From positions 1,860,001 to 1,924,000 of the forward strand of contig LSRY02000007.1 in NCBI GenBank assembly GCA_001643675.2: DNA of 64,000 nucleotides, written 5' to 3'. Positions 23,101 to 32,699 of the stretch are shown here, in pieces. The stretch comes from Monocercomonoides exilis PA203 (taxonomy: Eukaryota; Protista; Preaxostyla). Both the position numbers and the translations under genes were made by a program. The notes under the pieces were generated by a model. That model was not told where the DNA came from and ran no database searches. It saw nothing but the letters and a program-made list of their open reading frames with translations. Numbering within the stretch: position 1 is the stretch's first letter; every line of letters begins with the position of its first letter.

Positions 23101-26100
23101 TTCTGCATCGGAAACACACAGTTGACCACCTGGCTTAATCTCCAGCTCAGGCTTCGTGTTGTTCGCTCCATCAACGGTGAGTGTCTTGTTCGCATCAATA
23201 ACCCCTTCCAGAAACGTGTTTCCTGCCAAACGGATTGTTGTGTGCAATTCAATCACAAACTTGAATGCATATTCCACATCTCTGCACGGCATTTCCTCGT
23301 GCCCACATCCATTGTTGTTCTGGAACAACCCATTCACAAAAACAATCTCTTCTCCTGCTGGAAACAGCATCACCAATATCGATGAACTGATGACTGCTCC
23401 TGATGTGTCATCAAACACCCAGAACCGTTCTCTCTCGTCAGACTCCTTAACTGTCTCTTCCCACAACTCCAGACGCAGCACCTTTCGAGGCTGGGGGCAC
23501 ACAACATACACATCTTTCCCTATTCCTGCCCTGTTGTCCACAAACTCGTTCTGCTTCATGCTGTACTCCACACTCGCAGCACAAAACTTCAGATACAATC
23601 CTCCTCCAAAGCTCTCTTCTCCCAACACTCCATTCCCTTCAAAACAGTTGTCTTCAACATTCAGTGTTCCTCCTGCTTTCACCTCCACACATCCGCACCC
23701 TCCTCTCCCGTTGTGCTCCAAACAGCTCACGTTGTTGAATGTGCTCCCCACTATTTCACATTTCCCTCCTTCTCCCACTACTCCAACAAATGCTCCTCCA
23801 TCCCCTGCTTGCCTGCTGATATTCCACACATTCACACCCCTCATTTCAACTGCTCCACACTCCACAAATCTGATCATTGCGCAATCAGAAAGAGTTGTCA
23901 TATTCATCCAAGTGTTGCTCACTTTGAATGATGAGCACCTTCTTCCACTCAACACCCCTTCAACACCAACAGCTGACACATTCTCCAGATTCGCTTCACT
24001 CAGCTCCATTTTTGAACCAACACCGCTTGCCTCCACCAACCCATGACCATCCACACAAACTCCTTTCACAGAAAAGCCCTCCATTGTCAGCTCTCCCCCT
24101 TGCACACTCACAAACGAATAGTTCATCTCCCCTGATTCGCTCTTCACAGAGCACTCCTTCAGCTTCAAAGAACATTCTGTGCACTTCAGAAAACATTTTC
24201 TGTGAGATGCAAACGACTGCGGCACACAGAACCAAATGCACTCAAAACTCGTGTTTTTCTTTGTCTCAATCATGCTGTCTGAGTCTCCCTCTCCATTCTC
24301 AATCACTTCTCGATCCCTTTCATCTCCCTGCACCTTTATCGTCATTTCTTGTGCATCAAGCACCAGAGGATTATCGAACACAAAATCTCGAAGAAGCACA
24401 ATCTCAACATTTGCATCACTCGCTCGCCGTGTGGCTGCATATTTTATTCCCTCACACGGATAATCTTCGAATCCACACAACCGGTGGTTGCATCCCTTCT
24501 TCCCCACATACACTCCTCCGATGCTTTGACGGAAAAATACCACCAGTGGAATCAGCTTCTCATTTTCTCCATTTTCCATCCCCATCATATCTTCCAGAAT
24601 CGGCCTCTCTTCAACAGCCTTTGGAAAGTCAAAATTCAGCGAGTTGACATTCACCACATCTGACAGATTCCCACACATCACAAACATATTGTTTCCTCCA
24701 TTTTCTGCCTCGTTCGCATTCTCTTCCTTTCCAAACTGCACATCTTTCAATGCAAAATCCCTCCCTCCATCAATGCATTTCACAACCATCCCTCCACCCA
24801 CTCCACTCAATGAATCTGATGCATCAGATGCATCACCATTCAGCGCCCTGCATTTTTCTGCAAGTATTTCATCGCCACTTCCTCCAATTCGAAGAACTGC
24901 TGTTTTTGACAGCTCCACAAAACATCCTCCCCCGCTCCCTCCATGAACAGAGCAGTTTTCCCAGCGAACTCCATTCAGCACCAGCTCCATCCCTTCATCC
25001 AACTTCCCAGACAGCCCACATCCACTCACCCAACTTCTCGTCAAGTTGCAGAACGAGCAGTTTCTCATATGCATGCTCTTCCCCATGTTGTCGAACAACA
25101 ATGTTTTGCAAGAATCATCTGCAACCCCTTCCTCCACAACTGTTGTGTTCTCCACATTCATGGCTCCTCTCGATGAATATGATATCGTTCCTTCTGATGT
25201 TCCTGATCCCTTCATATTCGTCATTGTGCACCCCACGATCTCACAGGCGCCTTCCTCTGATATCCACACTGCTGAACCAGAATTGAACGTGATGTCTCTC
25301 ATGCTCACGCCCCACAAAGTGAGAGTTCCGCCTGTGCACATAAACAGTGAGTATGCTGCTGAAAGCGACAACCGAATACTCAAACTGCACGAATCCACCC
25401 TCAGACTCCATTCTCGTGTGAACAACAAAGACAGTCTTCCGCCCAACCAAGAAGGCACAACAATCTTCACCCCTTTGATCAAGCATGTGCTGCTTGTCTC
25501 AATCATTCCATCTTGCTTTTTATCTGCATTCTCTCGAACGTCTATCTGCGAGTTGACTGAGGTTCCGTTGAACTCAAATGCGCCTTGAGACAGATTCGCC
25601 TCAGAACTCAGTGAAACAGCACTCGCGATCGCTGAGCTCAACCCGTCAGTGCTTGCCCATCGCGTTAAGACAAAGTCAATCGTGGCACAGCCATATCCTT
25701 CGTATCCACATCGGTCAAAGTCCTTTTTGTTATCTCCTCCAACAATCACTGGAAGAGGTGCTCCTCTCAGATACAAAACCAAAGGGATGGCATATGTGTC
25801 GTCTCCTCCTTCATATCCCACAAGCTCATCTTCATTCATGGTGTTTCTGCAGAACTCAAAGGTTATATTCGTCACAGATGTTGTGAAGTTCGGTGCTCTC
25901 AAAAACACATTGTGGCCATGCAAATCTGCATGGCATTCAGCAAACTCCAGAGCCTTCAGCACAAAATCCACTCCGCTGTTCTTCGCCTCAGCGAAAATTC
26001 CTCCACCTAACCCCCCACTCCCAGATGAGGAACGAGCTTCGCTCTTGCTCACCAGCACCAGCGAGCTCTTTCCAACATGAACAATTCCACCGCTCTCCAT

Positions 26101-29100
26101 CGATAGCCACATCGCTCCACCATTTCCTTTTGTGCATTTCCCACTCACATTTCCGCCTTCCACATTCACCTCACACCTTGCTCCCACAATTCCATGAATA
26201 AAACACCCATCTCCAGTTTTCATTTCCAATCCGCTTGTGTTTGTTTCATTCACAAGAACATTTTTGGCTCTGAAAGCAACAATCACTGGCTGTGTGCTTC
26301 CACGTTCGCTCTCAAATCTGCTTGTACTTATTTTTGCAATCGATCCGTTGCTGGTCTCAATCAGTCCATGCTCCCCTGTGCAAACAACATCTGTGAAAAC
26401 TGCTTGAATCATCGATATCTCAGCATTTGAGCCATCACAAGCCAGAAATGGCTGAGCTGAGAAACTCAGTTTTTCCACTCCAACATTGCTCAGAAGCGTC
26501 TTGCCATTCTTCACACTAACAAAACAGTATGGGATGGTCTGCTCATTTGAACATCCTTTCACAGAAGAAGATGTGATTTCCAATGAGCTTCCCTCTCCTT
26601 TTTCAACAACAAACACACTCGTCTGCTGCTGCTTCAGACTCTGCTCCAGAACAAACGCCACCAAGGTGATCTTCACACTGCTCCGAATCTCCACCATCTC
26701 ATACAGGCGGCTTTCGTTTCCAACCATCTTCACCTCCGACTTCCCTTCCACTCCGCTCATGATATACCCTTTTTGTCTATCCAGCCTGAAACACTCTCCC
26801 CATGTGTAGCTTTTGTTGAACAGTATCGAGTTGCTGCTGCTTTCTTGCCCAAACCCATAATCCAGCGAACGGCACGGATACTTCACAAATCCACAAGCAC
26901 TCACATCAAATCCTCCATCCCCAACACTCACTCTCGCTTCTCGTTGTTGAAGATAGAACACAAGTGGGATAGCTATGTTCAGAGTTGCTCCATCTTCGCC
27001 TTCGATGTCTTTCTCCCCAAAGAAGTCTGGATAGAATGGCAGACGCTCCTGAATCACACTTGTCTTCAGGCTTGGTGATGCAATGAACAGATGGCTTCCC
27101 CAGGTGGCACTATTCCACTCAAACTGCGGATTCACAATCTCAAAGTCATCCTCTGCATTCTCCAGCTGCAAATATATCCCTCCTCCTTTGCTCTTTCCCG
27201 CACTTCCATCCGGCTCATTGAATTGTGCAACACAGTTCATCACTTTCATCACTTTGTTTCCTGAGCTGACGTTCAAGTGGCTTCCTCCTGTTGTTTTCAC
27301 CCACAGCGCTCCACCGTTTCCATTCATGCATTTGCACTCGCTTATCGTGGTGTTCCACAAATCACACTTCTCTCCGCTCTGTAGTATCTTCTCAACAATT
27401 GCCCCATTTCCTTCCATTCGATGAATCCTTGTGATGCTTCCGTTTCTCACATCAATGTTTCCTTCCCTCTCCCAGGCAAACAGGCTGCTCGACTCCAAGC
27501 ACACGCCCTCAATGGAACAGCCTTCAAGAACTATCTCTCCCATTTCTGCGACAAAAAACGGCTTGGCAAACGAAGCATCCATGGAATCTGCACGGATTGA
27601 ACACACCTTCAGATCAATCAGCCCATAATACCCTTCAACAATGAACAGCGACCCATCACGAGAGTTCCCTGAAGCATGAACAATCGTCCACCTGTCCAGC
27701 TCCAGACTCCCGCTTCCAACACTGAATAGACACCCACTTCCAACATTCGATGACACAGTCACATCTGTCACTGCATCGTCTTTTTCAAATTGGATTTCAA
27801 GCCCAAATACACTGATATTGCTCTCCACTAATTTTGAGCTGCACACCACAATCGCTTTATGTTTGTGGCTCACCCACTGTGTCAAAGCAAAGCCAATGGT
27901 CTTGCATCTACTGTTGCTTGCTCCACATCCCGAGATATCCTTTCCATCCGTTGAATCAATGTGAAGAGGATTGTGTATTTCTGGAACATCTGGCAGCCAC
28001 CCTTGCTTTAGTTCTCCACAATACACCCGCCCTGCAGACTCTGATGTCGAATAGGAACAAACAATCCATTCTTTTGTCACTTGCTCTGTGAAATTTCCTT
28101 CAATATGAATGTCATGCCCTTTCTTGTTGAACGAAGTGTTATTCATAAAAAAGCAAAACAAAAATAGGCAAATTGTTTTTTCATTAATTTCATTGGTAAT
28201 TGTTCCTGCACTCCCTTCGTTCACTTTTGAATTTTCAAATAGGCAATTCTCAAAATTTGAAAATGTTCCAGCATTCACATGAATTGAACCAGATCTCAAT
28301 ATCGCAGTGTTTTTTTCAAATTCACAACCAATTACATCCAATTTTGTGTGTTTCTCAACATTCAACGCACCTCCTCCATGAGACGAGTTGCAATTGTGAA
28401 AAACACATTTTTTCAGATATGGATTTTTTTGAAAAATTGCCATTGCACCACCGTAAGGAGATCGTGAAGGACAATTGCACCAACACCTTTCAAACGTCGT
28501 GTTGATAGTGACACTATTTCCAGAACCATAACAATAAACAGCTCCTCCTCGTGGGTATTCATCTCCACTGTAAGTGATTGAGCAATTCTCAAACAAACAA
28601 TCCACGAGAGTCAGTGATGCGCTTCCTTTAATACAAATCGCACTTCCATTGCGCAAGGAGGATGTGCAATTTATGAATGAGCAACTCTCATATTCAATTA
28701 TTCCGTTGTCGAATGTGTCGAGAGAACTCGAGAATGTCTTGTTTCTTATCGGATCATGCGATTTCTCGAATGATATGTTCCTTGCACAAAACTCAATCAT
28801 GCTCTTTGCTTTTTCAACATTATTGCAAAACACATTGTCGCATTCATTTATTTCGCAATTTGAAATGAAGGACTTCTGAAAGCACACATTTTCTTTCCTG
28901 ACTCCTGTCTCTTTGTGTGCGATGCATGAAGTGATGTTGAAAAATGCAACATTATCAATTGCAGTAAACAGCATTGTTGATGATCCCAGTGCAGATAAAA
29001 AAGGCATCATCATCATTGAAGAAAACAATGAATCCTCCAAAAACACTTTTTCTCTCATATTCAGGTGGTTCACATTGTCATTCCAAGTGACAAATGAAGT

Positions 29101-29586
29101 CACTTCTGTGTTTTCGTATTTCATTAGCAGTGTGATATTTCTGATTTTGATATCGCCTTCATTCATTCGAAAAAGGGTATTGAATGATCCTCTTTCAAAA
29201 ACAGCCTTTGTATCTTCTATTTGGAGAAACGAATCTGAAGCAGATACACAGAAAGCATGCTTCTCGCCCCTGAAGAACATTAACCTTCTTTCTCGAAGTG
29301 TTGAATTTTCCACTCTGAAATGCGTTGATATTGAGGTTTGGTCGAATAATGCATTTCTTTTCTCAAATAAGTCGGGAAAAGCGATGCTTCTTCGAATATT
29401 CCCCTCACAAATGTTTTCTTTAGGAAAAATAAAATCATGATTGGAAGAGGCATCATTGATGACGCTGATATCTTCTTTTTCAATAATCATATCTTTGTTG
29501 TTCAATCCCATCTTTATTTGAAGTGAAAACGATGTTGCCCATATTAAAAGTGTCAGTTGGATAAGTGGCATCATTGTGCGGAACAT
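17146..29586 (-). CDS. Giant type I membrane receptor-like protein: signal peptide, tandem parallel beta-helix modules, TM helix, TKL-type pseudokinase
   Basis: Uninterrupted 4146-aa ORF with a hydrophobic N-terminus. It has GGA(I/V/M) and FxxNxA beta-helix motifs and eight CGxxxxxC modules. A TM helix WITVMLMVILFLVLIVAVAFIV lies at ~18436-18500. Kinase C-lobe motifs RWKAPE, VFSVGMMLWECLSLKIPF and GERP are present, without HRD or DFG. Confidence 0.9.
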   Translation of the reverse strand: MFRTMMPLIQLTLLIWATSFSLQIKMGLNNKDMIIEKEDISVINDASSNHDFIFPKENICEGNIRRSIAFPDLFEKRNALFDQTSISTHFRVENSTLRERRLMFFRGEKHAFCVSASDSFLQIEDTKAVFERGSFNTLFRMNEGDIKIRNITLLMKYENTEVTSFVTWNDNVNHLNMREKVFLEDSLFSSMMMMPFLSALGSSTMLFTAIDNVAFFNITSCIAHKETGVRKENVCFQKSFISNCEINECDNVFCNNVEKAKSMIEFCARNISFEKSHDPIRNKTFSSSLDTFDNGIIEYESCSFINCTSSLRNGSAICIKGSASLTLVDCLFENCSITYSGDEYPRGGAVYCYGSGNSVTINTTFERCWCNCPSRSPYGGAMAIFQKNPYLKKCVFHNCNSSHGGGALNVEKHTKLDVIGCEFEKNTAILRSGSIHVNAGTFSNFENCLFENSKVNEGSAGTITNEINEKTICLFLFCFFMNNTSFNKKGHDIHIEGNFTEQVTKEWIVCSYSTSESAGRVYCGELKQGWLPDVPEIHNPLHIDSTDGKDISGCGASNSRCKTIGFALTQWVSHKHKAIVVCSSKLVESNISVFGLEIQFEKDDAVTDVTVSSNVGSGCLFSVGSGSLELDRWTIVHASGNSRDGSLFIVEGYYGLIDLKVCSIRADSMDASFAKPFFVAEMGEIVLEGCSIEGVCLESSSLFAWEREGNIDVRNGSITRIHRMEGNGAIVEKILQSGEKCDLWNTTISECKCMNGNGGALWVKTTGGSHLNVSSGNKVMKVMNCVAQFNEPDGSAGKSKGGGIYLQLENAEDDFEIVNPQFEWNSATWGSHLFIASPSLKTSVIQERLPFYPDFFGEKDIEGEDGATLNIAIPLVFYLQQREARVSVGDGGFDVSACGFVKYPCRSLDYGFGQESSSNSILFNKSYTWGECFRLDRQKGYIMSGVEGKSEVKMVGNESRLYEMVEIRSSVKITLVAFVLEQSLKQQQTSVFVVEKGEGSSLEITSSSVKGCSNEQTIPYCFVSVKNGKTLLSNVGVEKLSFSAQPFLACDGSNAEISMIQAVFTDVVCTGEHGLIETSNGSIAKISTSRFESERGSTQPVIVAFRAKNVLVNETNTSGLEMKTGDGCFIHGIVGARCEVNVEGGNVSGKCTKGNGGAMWLSMESGGIVHVGKSSLVLVSKSEARSSSGSGGLGGGIFAEAKNSGVDFVLKALEFAECHADLHGHNVFLRAPNFTTSVTNITFEFCRNTMNEDELVGYEGGDDTYAIPLVLYLRGAPLPVIVGGDNKKDFDRCGYEGYGCATIDFVLTRWASTDGLSSAIASAVSLSSEANLSQGAFEFNGTSVNSQIDVRENADKKQDGMIETSSTCLIKGVKIVVPSWLGGRLSLLFTREWSLRVDSCSLSIRLSLSAAYSLFMCTGGTLTLWGVSMRDITFNSGSAVWISEEGACEIVGCTMTNMKGSGTSEGTISYSSRGAMNVENTTVVEEGVADDSCKTLLFDNMGKSMHMRNCSFCNLTRSWVSGCGLSGKLDEGMELVLNGVRWENCSVHGGSGGGCFVELSKTAVLRIGGSGDEILAEKCRALNGDASDASDSLSGVGGGMVVKCIDGGRDFALKDVQFGKEENANEAENGGNNMFVMCGNLSDVVNVNSLNFDFPKAVEERPILEDMMGMENGENEKLIPLVVFFRQSIGGVYVGKKGCNHRLCGFEDYPCEGIKYAATRRASDANVEIVLLRDFVFDNPLVLDAQEMTIKVQGDERDREVIENGEGDSDSMIETKKNTSFECIWFCVPQSFASHRKCFLKCTECSLKLKECSVKSESGEMNYSFVSVQGGELTMEGFSVKGVCVDGHGLVEASGVGSKMELSEANLENVSAVGVEGVLSGRRCSSFKVSNTWMNMTTLSDCAMIRFVECGAVEMRGVNVWNISRQAGDGGAFVGVVGEGGKCEIVGSTFNNVSCLEHNGRGGCGCVEVKAGGTLNVEDNCFEGNGVLGEESFGGGLYLKFCAASVEYSMKQNEFVDNRAGIGKDVYVVCPQPRKVLRLELWEETVKESDERERFWVFDDTSGAVISSSILVMLFPAGEEIVFVNGLFQNNNGCGHEEMPCRDVEYAFKFVIELHTTIRLAGNTFLEGVIDANKTLTVDGANNTKPELEIKPGGQLCVSDAEVVLSLRGLHFKLTSETAKASTYAVSASALSAMNSLSSVLMISQGRCAVVNCLFGEEGEGREEVGRWIVQESGGSVELSSVKFAGLGFGGSWGIVFCEGGEFSCRNTSISQISAGEASLFVSGDYAKWKFKAVNVSSVNAINGRIITLNKGSVLTMSDECVVEGCGASTKNGSFGLCEMSEENELRIENVQMSSWVSDVGRGYGGCLFVAMSEGYANNYLFRDIVLKENDALVGKDMFVECVELNSSILSDRFCIELTSGSDESTVDVKGVDTSRFEDPVDLRLFLIQAHLAIVVVSSEGYDMVGCGEEAYPCHSFWCGYSNTLEGAEKRELRIQNVAEVDRGYDVSSFVIASPSEGEECELHVSGELQNGALDGVFVNSKAAEFRSINFQIPSSMISAIQAIFVSSSTSAELMITHCSISESSGMLTDYGIVKVMGGRLIIENCSFTSLTEHSHAPFAVQGSLRAENCTLTKAKSRTGKEGGLMCIRLGSRDCAKVDGCRMEGCECKAESGKGGAMFVDGSEATEPKCISLNGTFFLSNLAAIGKHLYVGCRDLNTTVTTETFNFSLSEMESDDNDLMGADPIHGETSLLRFLVEFRSSTVHVGAGGYDLLRCGSANDPCQSWRYGIEHLLTETNEKTIVVSGECRYEEDGILSDFEVKSAGAENEEQSTASLIIECSGEEGVDVCMRNTRKLRFEWISFVVREGFANERGGVIVSEGEELEMIDCGVSMKVSASQVSGISYAVVRRGSVIVKRLSVVSSSIGKCLFEVAVDVGCVIEGFKAEMVEMRDGSIIGTRGKQVGKMQIGNGRSAITVVKSEFKNITNNGENGCVFDLGESSSATALDVNASVFKMCMSSNSPKGGAIHFCMGSGGYLHVRDTSITLSSCSAQSGWGGGVYVGAVFAGDLDMMFKSIVFGSNIAHIGRDLFVECYSIKEQINETQFLFDLRESKYNRLNAIYGIDRTELCGEPVNLIEFIVIYQNDTIFTTSDREVASEDSRNCGSQMLPCASLGFAVSHLTHDFESQIVVIGEGLIKGELDVTDASIRSRTTTAAYLRLNTHLERTRPCVVLCTESVVFRGISFVVDPESLKNHFRFVECGQGKTEMTKCTFSGTAYERNNAFAMNATLLYVSSGGYLELENVTLSHVSSSSPMIVCEQKSKLSCTSLVMVSLECSLGLITAKDCEMVAIEKSECQDVVCNGGALFAFEGDSYRKESEDERNKCECAFSVCSIENITMTAGMGEVLFANCLGGLRMQNISFAKCVSREQKGKMLRSERSNAVELESCTFSGDEGERESELNASGKEMCEWNGSVVHFEDSSVVMSFTTIKNAKDGGMSVSGGDMRIERGEFLNNNPDIVKFPSVRRNIICSGEGLVNIESLKGGDGMKDNSSLWFLNEGCRVEGIASERSSTLFIPVLEEVKSEEKGSVMELRFLGSVLIPCELSFKVSTWIGDAEAVERHEFSEADFVSEKEVRGSISSSTIASAPNDAEVSVAIVFGGKGEQHRTTLFVLKNRTEEQTNNNDYLAKGKTENHFSWITVMLMVILFLVLIVAVAFIVRWKKAKNRTKELEEIVNDTVRKDPKAFEMVTMEMSPEDQWRRAEREAEKKNEERIKKRVYEKSLGHSESSEHLLSESGSTEYILGRDSDKIPQWVLEEVDEKEWEEEIQKRSPSPSISSTSTSDTSDTDSTFVRGEDLCPTTSSMSNLVDAMSCSSPYVKLIVDLRDSLFMLLHGKNEKKEMAIGTLVEREVTGAHLLFWVVHGALHSFEDDKYYLPSLANLSPHIILFSEHMEIAIALHSDCFSDDSDSSSTSISSSTIITSSSACSSSNRNGKDSPPPSSAFEEDGYYRKECLRWKAPELQMNKKMSATKESVVFSVGMMLWECLSLKIPFEEYEGDAAGQKIANGERPNMGVISGSRQAGLVAAALLQHGRDRITLCDVKKELIKFFSKNEVTLTMSDAIIDEEQEDDSKANNSRASFSKSGESCT

Positions 29587-30141
29587 TAAAGCTTGTCCAA
29601 TTCTGTAAAATTAAGAAATAAAAATTAAACAATGAGAAAATTTTTATTAAGGGTCCTCTAAAAAAATTATTTTGTTGATCTTATTATTAAATGTCAATAA
29701 ATGAAAAATATAAAGAACTTAATGATTTATTGAGGAAATGTGACGAATGAAGTTTCTGGGCATTTTTCTATGTCATTGATCCTTTTGAAAATGAATTACA
29801 AACTTTTCACTCAGATATATATATTTCACTTTGCATTTTTGGTTTTTTTTTTTCAGTAATTATTCAATCCATAAATGTACATAAGGGTGTCAGATTTTTT
29901 GTGATATGATTTCGAAAAATGTTCGGACATTTCTTGATATATTTCAGAAAAAAAAATTATCATTCCTTCATATTTGATGTAAAAAAAAAATAAAATGATC
30001 TTTTTTCAAAGAAAAATTGTCAATTTCAAGAAAAATGATGATTGTACTGTGCTTTTGTCATTCATTTTCATTTTTAATGAAAAATTGAAAAATCTTGAAA
30101 AATAACATAACAAAAATGATCTTTTCGACCAATATTTTATT

Positions 30142-32262
30142 ATGAATAATATGTCTCCAAAAGAACCTGAATTACTGCAAATAAAAGCTGCTGAAGGTGA
30201 ACAACTTAGCGTTATTGGATCTACAAATAAATTTTATTTGCCAGACACTTTGGCTCACAAGTTATTTACAAATGATTCTAATGAAAACAGTGTTTTGTTA
30301 TTTGAAGTTTCAGTAACCGAGGGAAAAGGGCGCGTATTTCTTGGAATTCAGGGTTTTACTCCACTGACAATGGGGATTGTACCACCTTGGGTGCTTAACG
30401 TTTTAAAAGCAGAGTCTGGAGTATATGTCACCCTTCGTCGAATAAAGTCAATTCCAGCTTGCACTTCAATAAAACTAAAACCGCTTGAATCTCGCTATTT
30501 CGAAGAAATTATAGACGAAGGTTTTGCATTGCAAAATGCATTATCTGGAAACTATAGTGCTGTTGAGGCAGGAAATATTATTGAATTAAGTTTTGGGCTT
30601 CGAAATTACAGAGTACAGGTTGCAAAAACCGAGCCTTCAAACGTTGTTTCACTTTTGGATTGCGATCCTGTTTGCACTATTGATGAGGAATTTAAGGAGA
30701 TTCTTCACGCTCCTTTGGAACTTGATGTACCAAAAAATTCGGATGTGAAGGCTGGAGAGTACACATTCTTCCGATTACAGACACCTGAATCAAAGAAGAT
30801 TCGCATAGAAATTTCAACGTCTATAGGAAGCACATGCTTGTTTGCATCTCGATTGGATAAATTTCCAAAGAGAGAAAGATTTATGTGGTCAACCATCTTG
30901 ATTGACAATGAAGAAATTGTTGTATCTCCAAAGTCAGAATCGTTGCTATCTATGAAGAGGAAGGCTGATTCACTATTTAAATTAAACAAAGAAAATGAAG
31001 GAGGAGGAGAAACTCAGAAAGATGAAGAAAAGAAAGCTGAAGAAATTGTAGATTTGTATATTAGTGTATACGGTTACAAAGAAGACTCAGAATTTACATT
31101 GCGAGCAACAGAAACGGATGAAGAAGACCCAGTTGAGCTGGAAAGAAAAGAGAAAATGAAAGCGGAAGAAGAATCAGAATCAGATTACAATGACAATGAG
31201 AGCGATGATGATGATGAATCAAAGGAAGAAGAAGAAGAAGAAAATGCTTGTGAAAATGAAAAGAAAAAGGATGAATCGGAAGTTGTTGAAGAAGTGATCG
31301 AGTACGTTGTAGAAGCGGAGGAAGGGGAGGAAGGAGGAGAAGAAGTGGAGTATGTCTATGAGTATGAAGAAGAAGAAAAGGAAGATGAACAAATTGCAAA
31401 AAAAGCAAAGGAATTTGTTGTATACAACCCTCCTTCGCCTCCGCCTGGTCAAAGGAGCCTATTTCCAGATGATTCTTCTCAACAAACTTCCTCTTCATCC
31501 AAGCTATCCTCCTCCTCCTCCTCCTCCTCCTCCTCTTGTTCTTCTTCTTCTTCTTCTTCTTCTTCTTCTTCTTCTTCTTCTTCACCTTCGTTAGATCAAT
31601 GTCCGAATTGTCATGTTCGTCTTTCTCCCTTGCAATTATTGAGCCATGTTCGATATTGTAGAAAAACAACAGCTATTTGTCCTGTGTGCAAGAAGCGATT
31701 GAAGCCTGAGCAACTCAACAAGCATGTGGATATGCTCCACACAAAAGTGAAATGCTTATGTGGCATCGAAATGTATCCGCCTTCGATACCACGCCACACA
31801 GCGCTGTCCTGTTCAGAGCGTCCGGCTGTGTGTGACATCTGCCAGCTGACTTTCACCCATCGCTTACTATCTTCACACCAGCTGCGATGCTTTGAAACGA
31901 ACTACGCCTGCAGAATGTGTGGATTGCGTGTTTTGGGGAGGAACATGAAGAGCCACATCAGAAATGTGCATGTTTTGGGCTTGGTAGAAGGAAGAGGGCG
32001 TGGAAAATGCATCGGAGGAAAATTTGGTGCTTCTTCTGTTGGATCGCAATCTTATTCTTCGAAGCAGAAAGAAAAACACAATACAAAGCCACTCGGATCG
32101 CTTATGTGTCAGACACAAAGAAATACTGTTGAAGAAGAAGATCTGAGGCGTGCAATTGAGGCATCAGCATTGGTGTGCCCGTATTGTAGCCGAGGCGGAT
32201 GGGCAAACTTTGAAGAGTTACAAATTCACATGGTGACATCTCACGTTGAACAGATTTCTTGA
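30142..32262 (+). CDS. UFD1-domain protein with acidic linker, TRAF/C2H2-type zinc fingers and UIM
   Basis: UFD1 N-domain motifs: NKFYLP, GIQGFT...VPPWV, IKLKP, LQNALSGNYSAVEAG, EPSNVVSLLDCD. These are followed by multiple CxxC...H zinc fingers, a UIM (EEEDLRRAIEAS) and a terminal CPYC...H...H. Confidence 0.85.
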   Translation: MNNMSPKEPELLQIKAAEGEQLSVIGSTNKFYLPDTLAHKLFTNDSNENSVLLFEVSVTEGKGRVFLGIQGFTPLTMGIVPPWVLNVLKAESGVYVTLRRIKSIPACTSIKLKPLESRYFEEIIDEGFALQNALSGNYSAVEAGNIIELSFGLRNYRVQVAKTEPSNVVSLLDCDPVCTIDEEFKEILHAPLELDVPKNSDVKAGEYTFFRLQTPESKKIRIEISTSIGSTCLFASRLDKFPKRERFMWSTILIDNEEIVVSPKSESLLSMKRKADSLFKLNKENEGGGETQKDEEKKAEEIVDLYISVYGYKEDSEFTLRATETDEEDPVELERKEKMKAEEESESDYNDNESDDDDESKEEEEEENACENEKKKDESEVVEEVIEYVVEAEEGEEGGEEVEYVYEYEEEEKEDEQIAKKAKEFVVYNPPSPPPGQRSLFPDDSSQQTSSSSKLSSSSSSSSSSCSSSSSSSSSSSSSSSPSLDQCPNCHVRLSPLQLLSHVRYCRKTTAICPVCKKRLKPEQLNKHVDMLHTKVKCLCGIEMYPPSIPRHTALSCSERPAVCDICQLTFTHRLLSSHQLRCFETNYACRMCGLRVLGRNMKSHIRNVHVLGLVEGRGRGKCIGGKFGASSVGSQSYSSKQKEKHNTKPLGSLMCQTQRNTVEEEDLRRAIEASALVCPYCSRGGWANFEELQIHMVTSHVEQIS

Positions 32263-32699
32263 ACATTTATCGAGAAATTTTTTGCTTTTTGATCAAATTT
32301 TAATTTAATTTAAAATAAAATACTATGCTTCAATTCATTGCTGAATGATAATTTCTTTATTACATTGTTATTTAATCCTTATATGACTTATTCCTTCAAC
32401 TTTGCATTTTTCTCAAAATACTTGGGCATTTGTGGTGATTTATCTTCCTTTCGTTTTTTTTTTTTTTTTTAAGTTTGTAATTACAAAATTTTTCAAATTG
32501 GCTGTTTTCGTTTTTTATTAACTTTTTTCTTAGATTATTTTAATTTTCATTTTCTTTCATTCTTTAATATTTATTTGATTGTTTGATTCATCATTGCCTT
32601 TTATTTTTTGATTTGCTTCCAAAGCCTTCGCATTTTAAATGAAAAAAAAAAGCACTTTTTGAATTTTCTAACTCATATTACACATGTATATATATCAAC

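Noticed and set aside
17150-29440. Dozens of plus-strand ORFs overlapping the giant gene, and similar antisense ORFs over HSP70, TOP3, TTLL and the CCDC191-like gene
   Set aside because: They are shadow ORFs produced by codon bias and trinucleotide repeats, with no recognisable domains.
15124-29654. ACCCTTAAT / ATTAAGGGT inverted match that could bracket the giant receptor gene as a piggyBac-like element
   Set aside because: Only a 9-bp core in AT-rich DNA, with no TTAA or other duplication outside it. The left copy lies within the other element.
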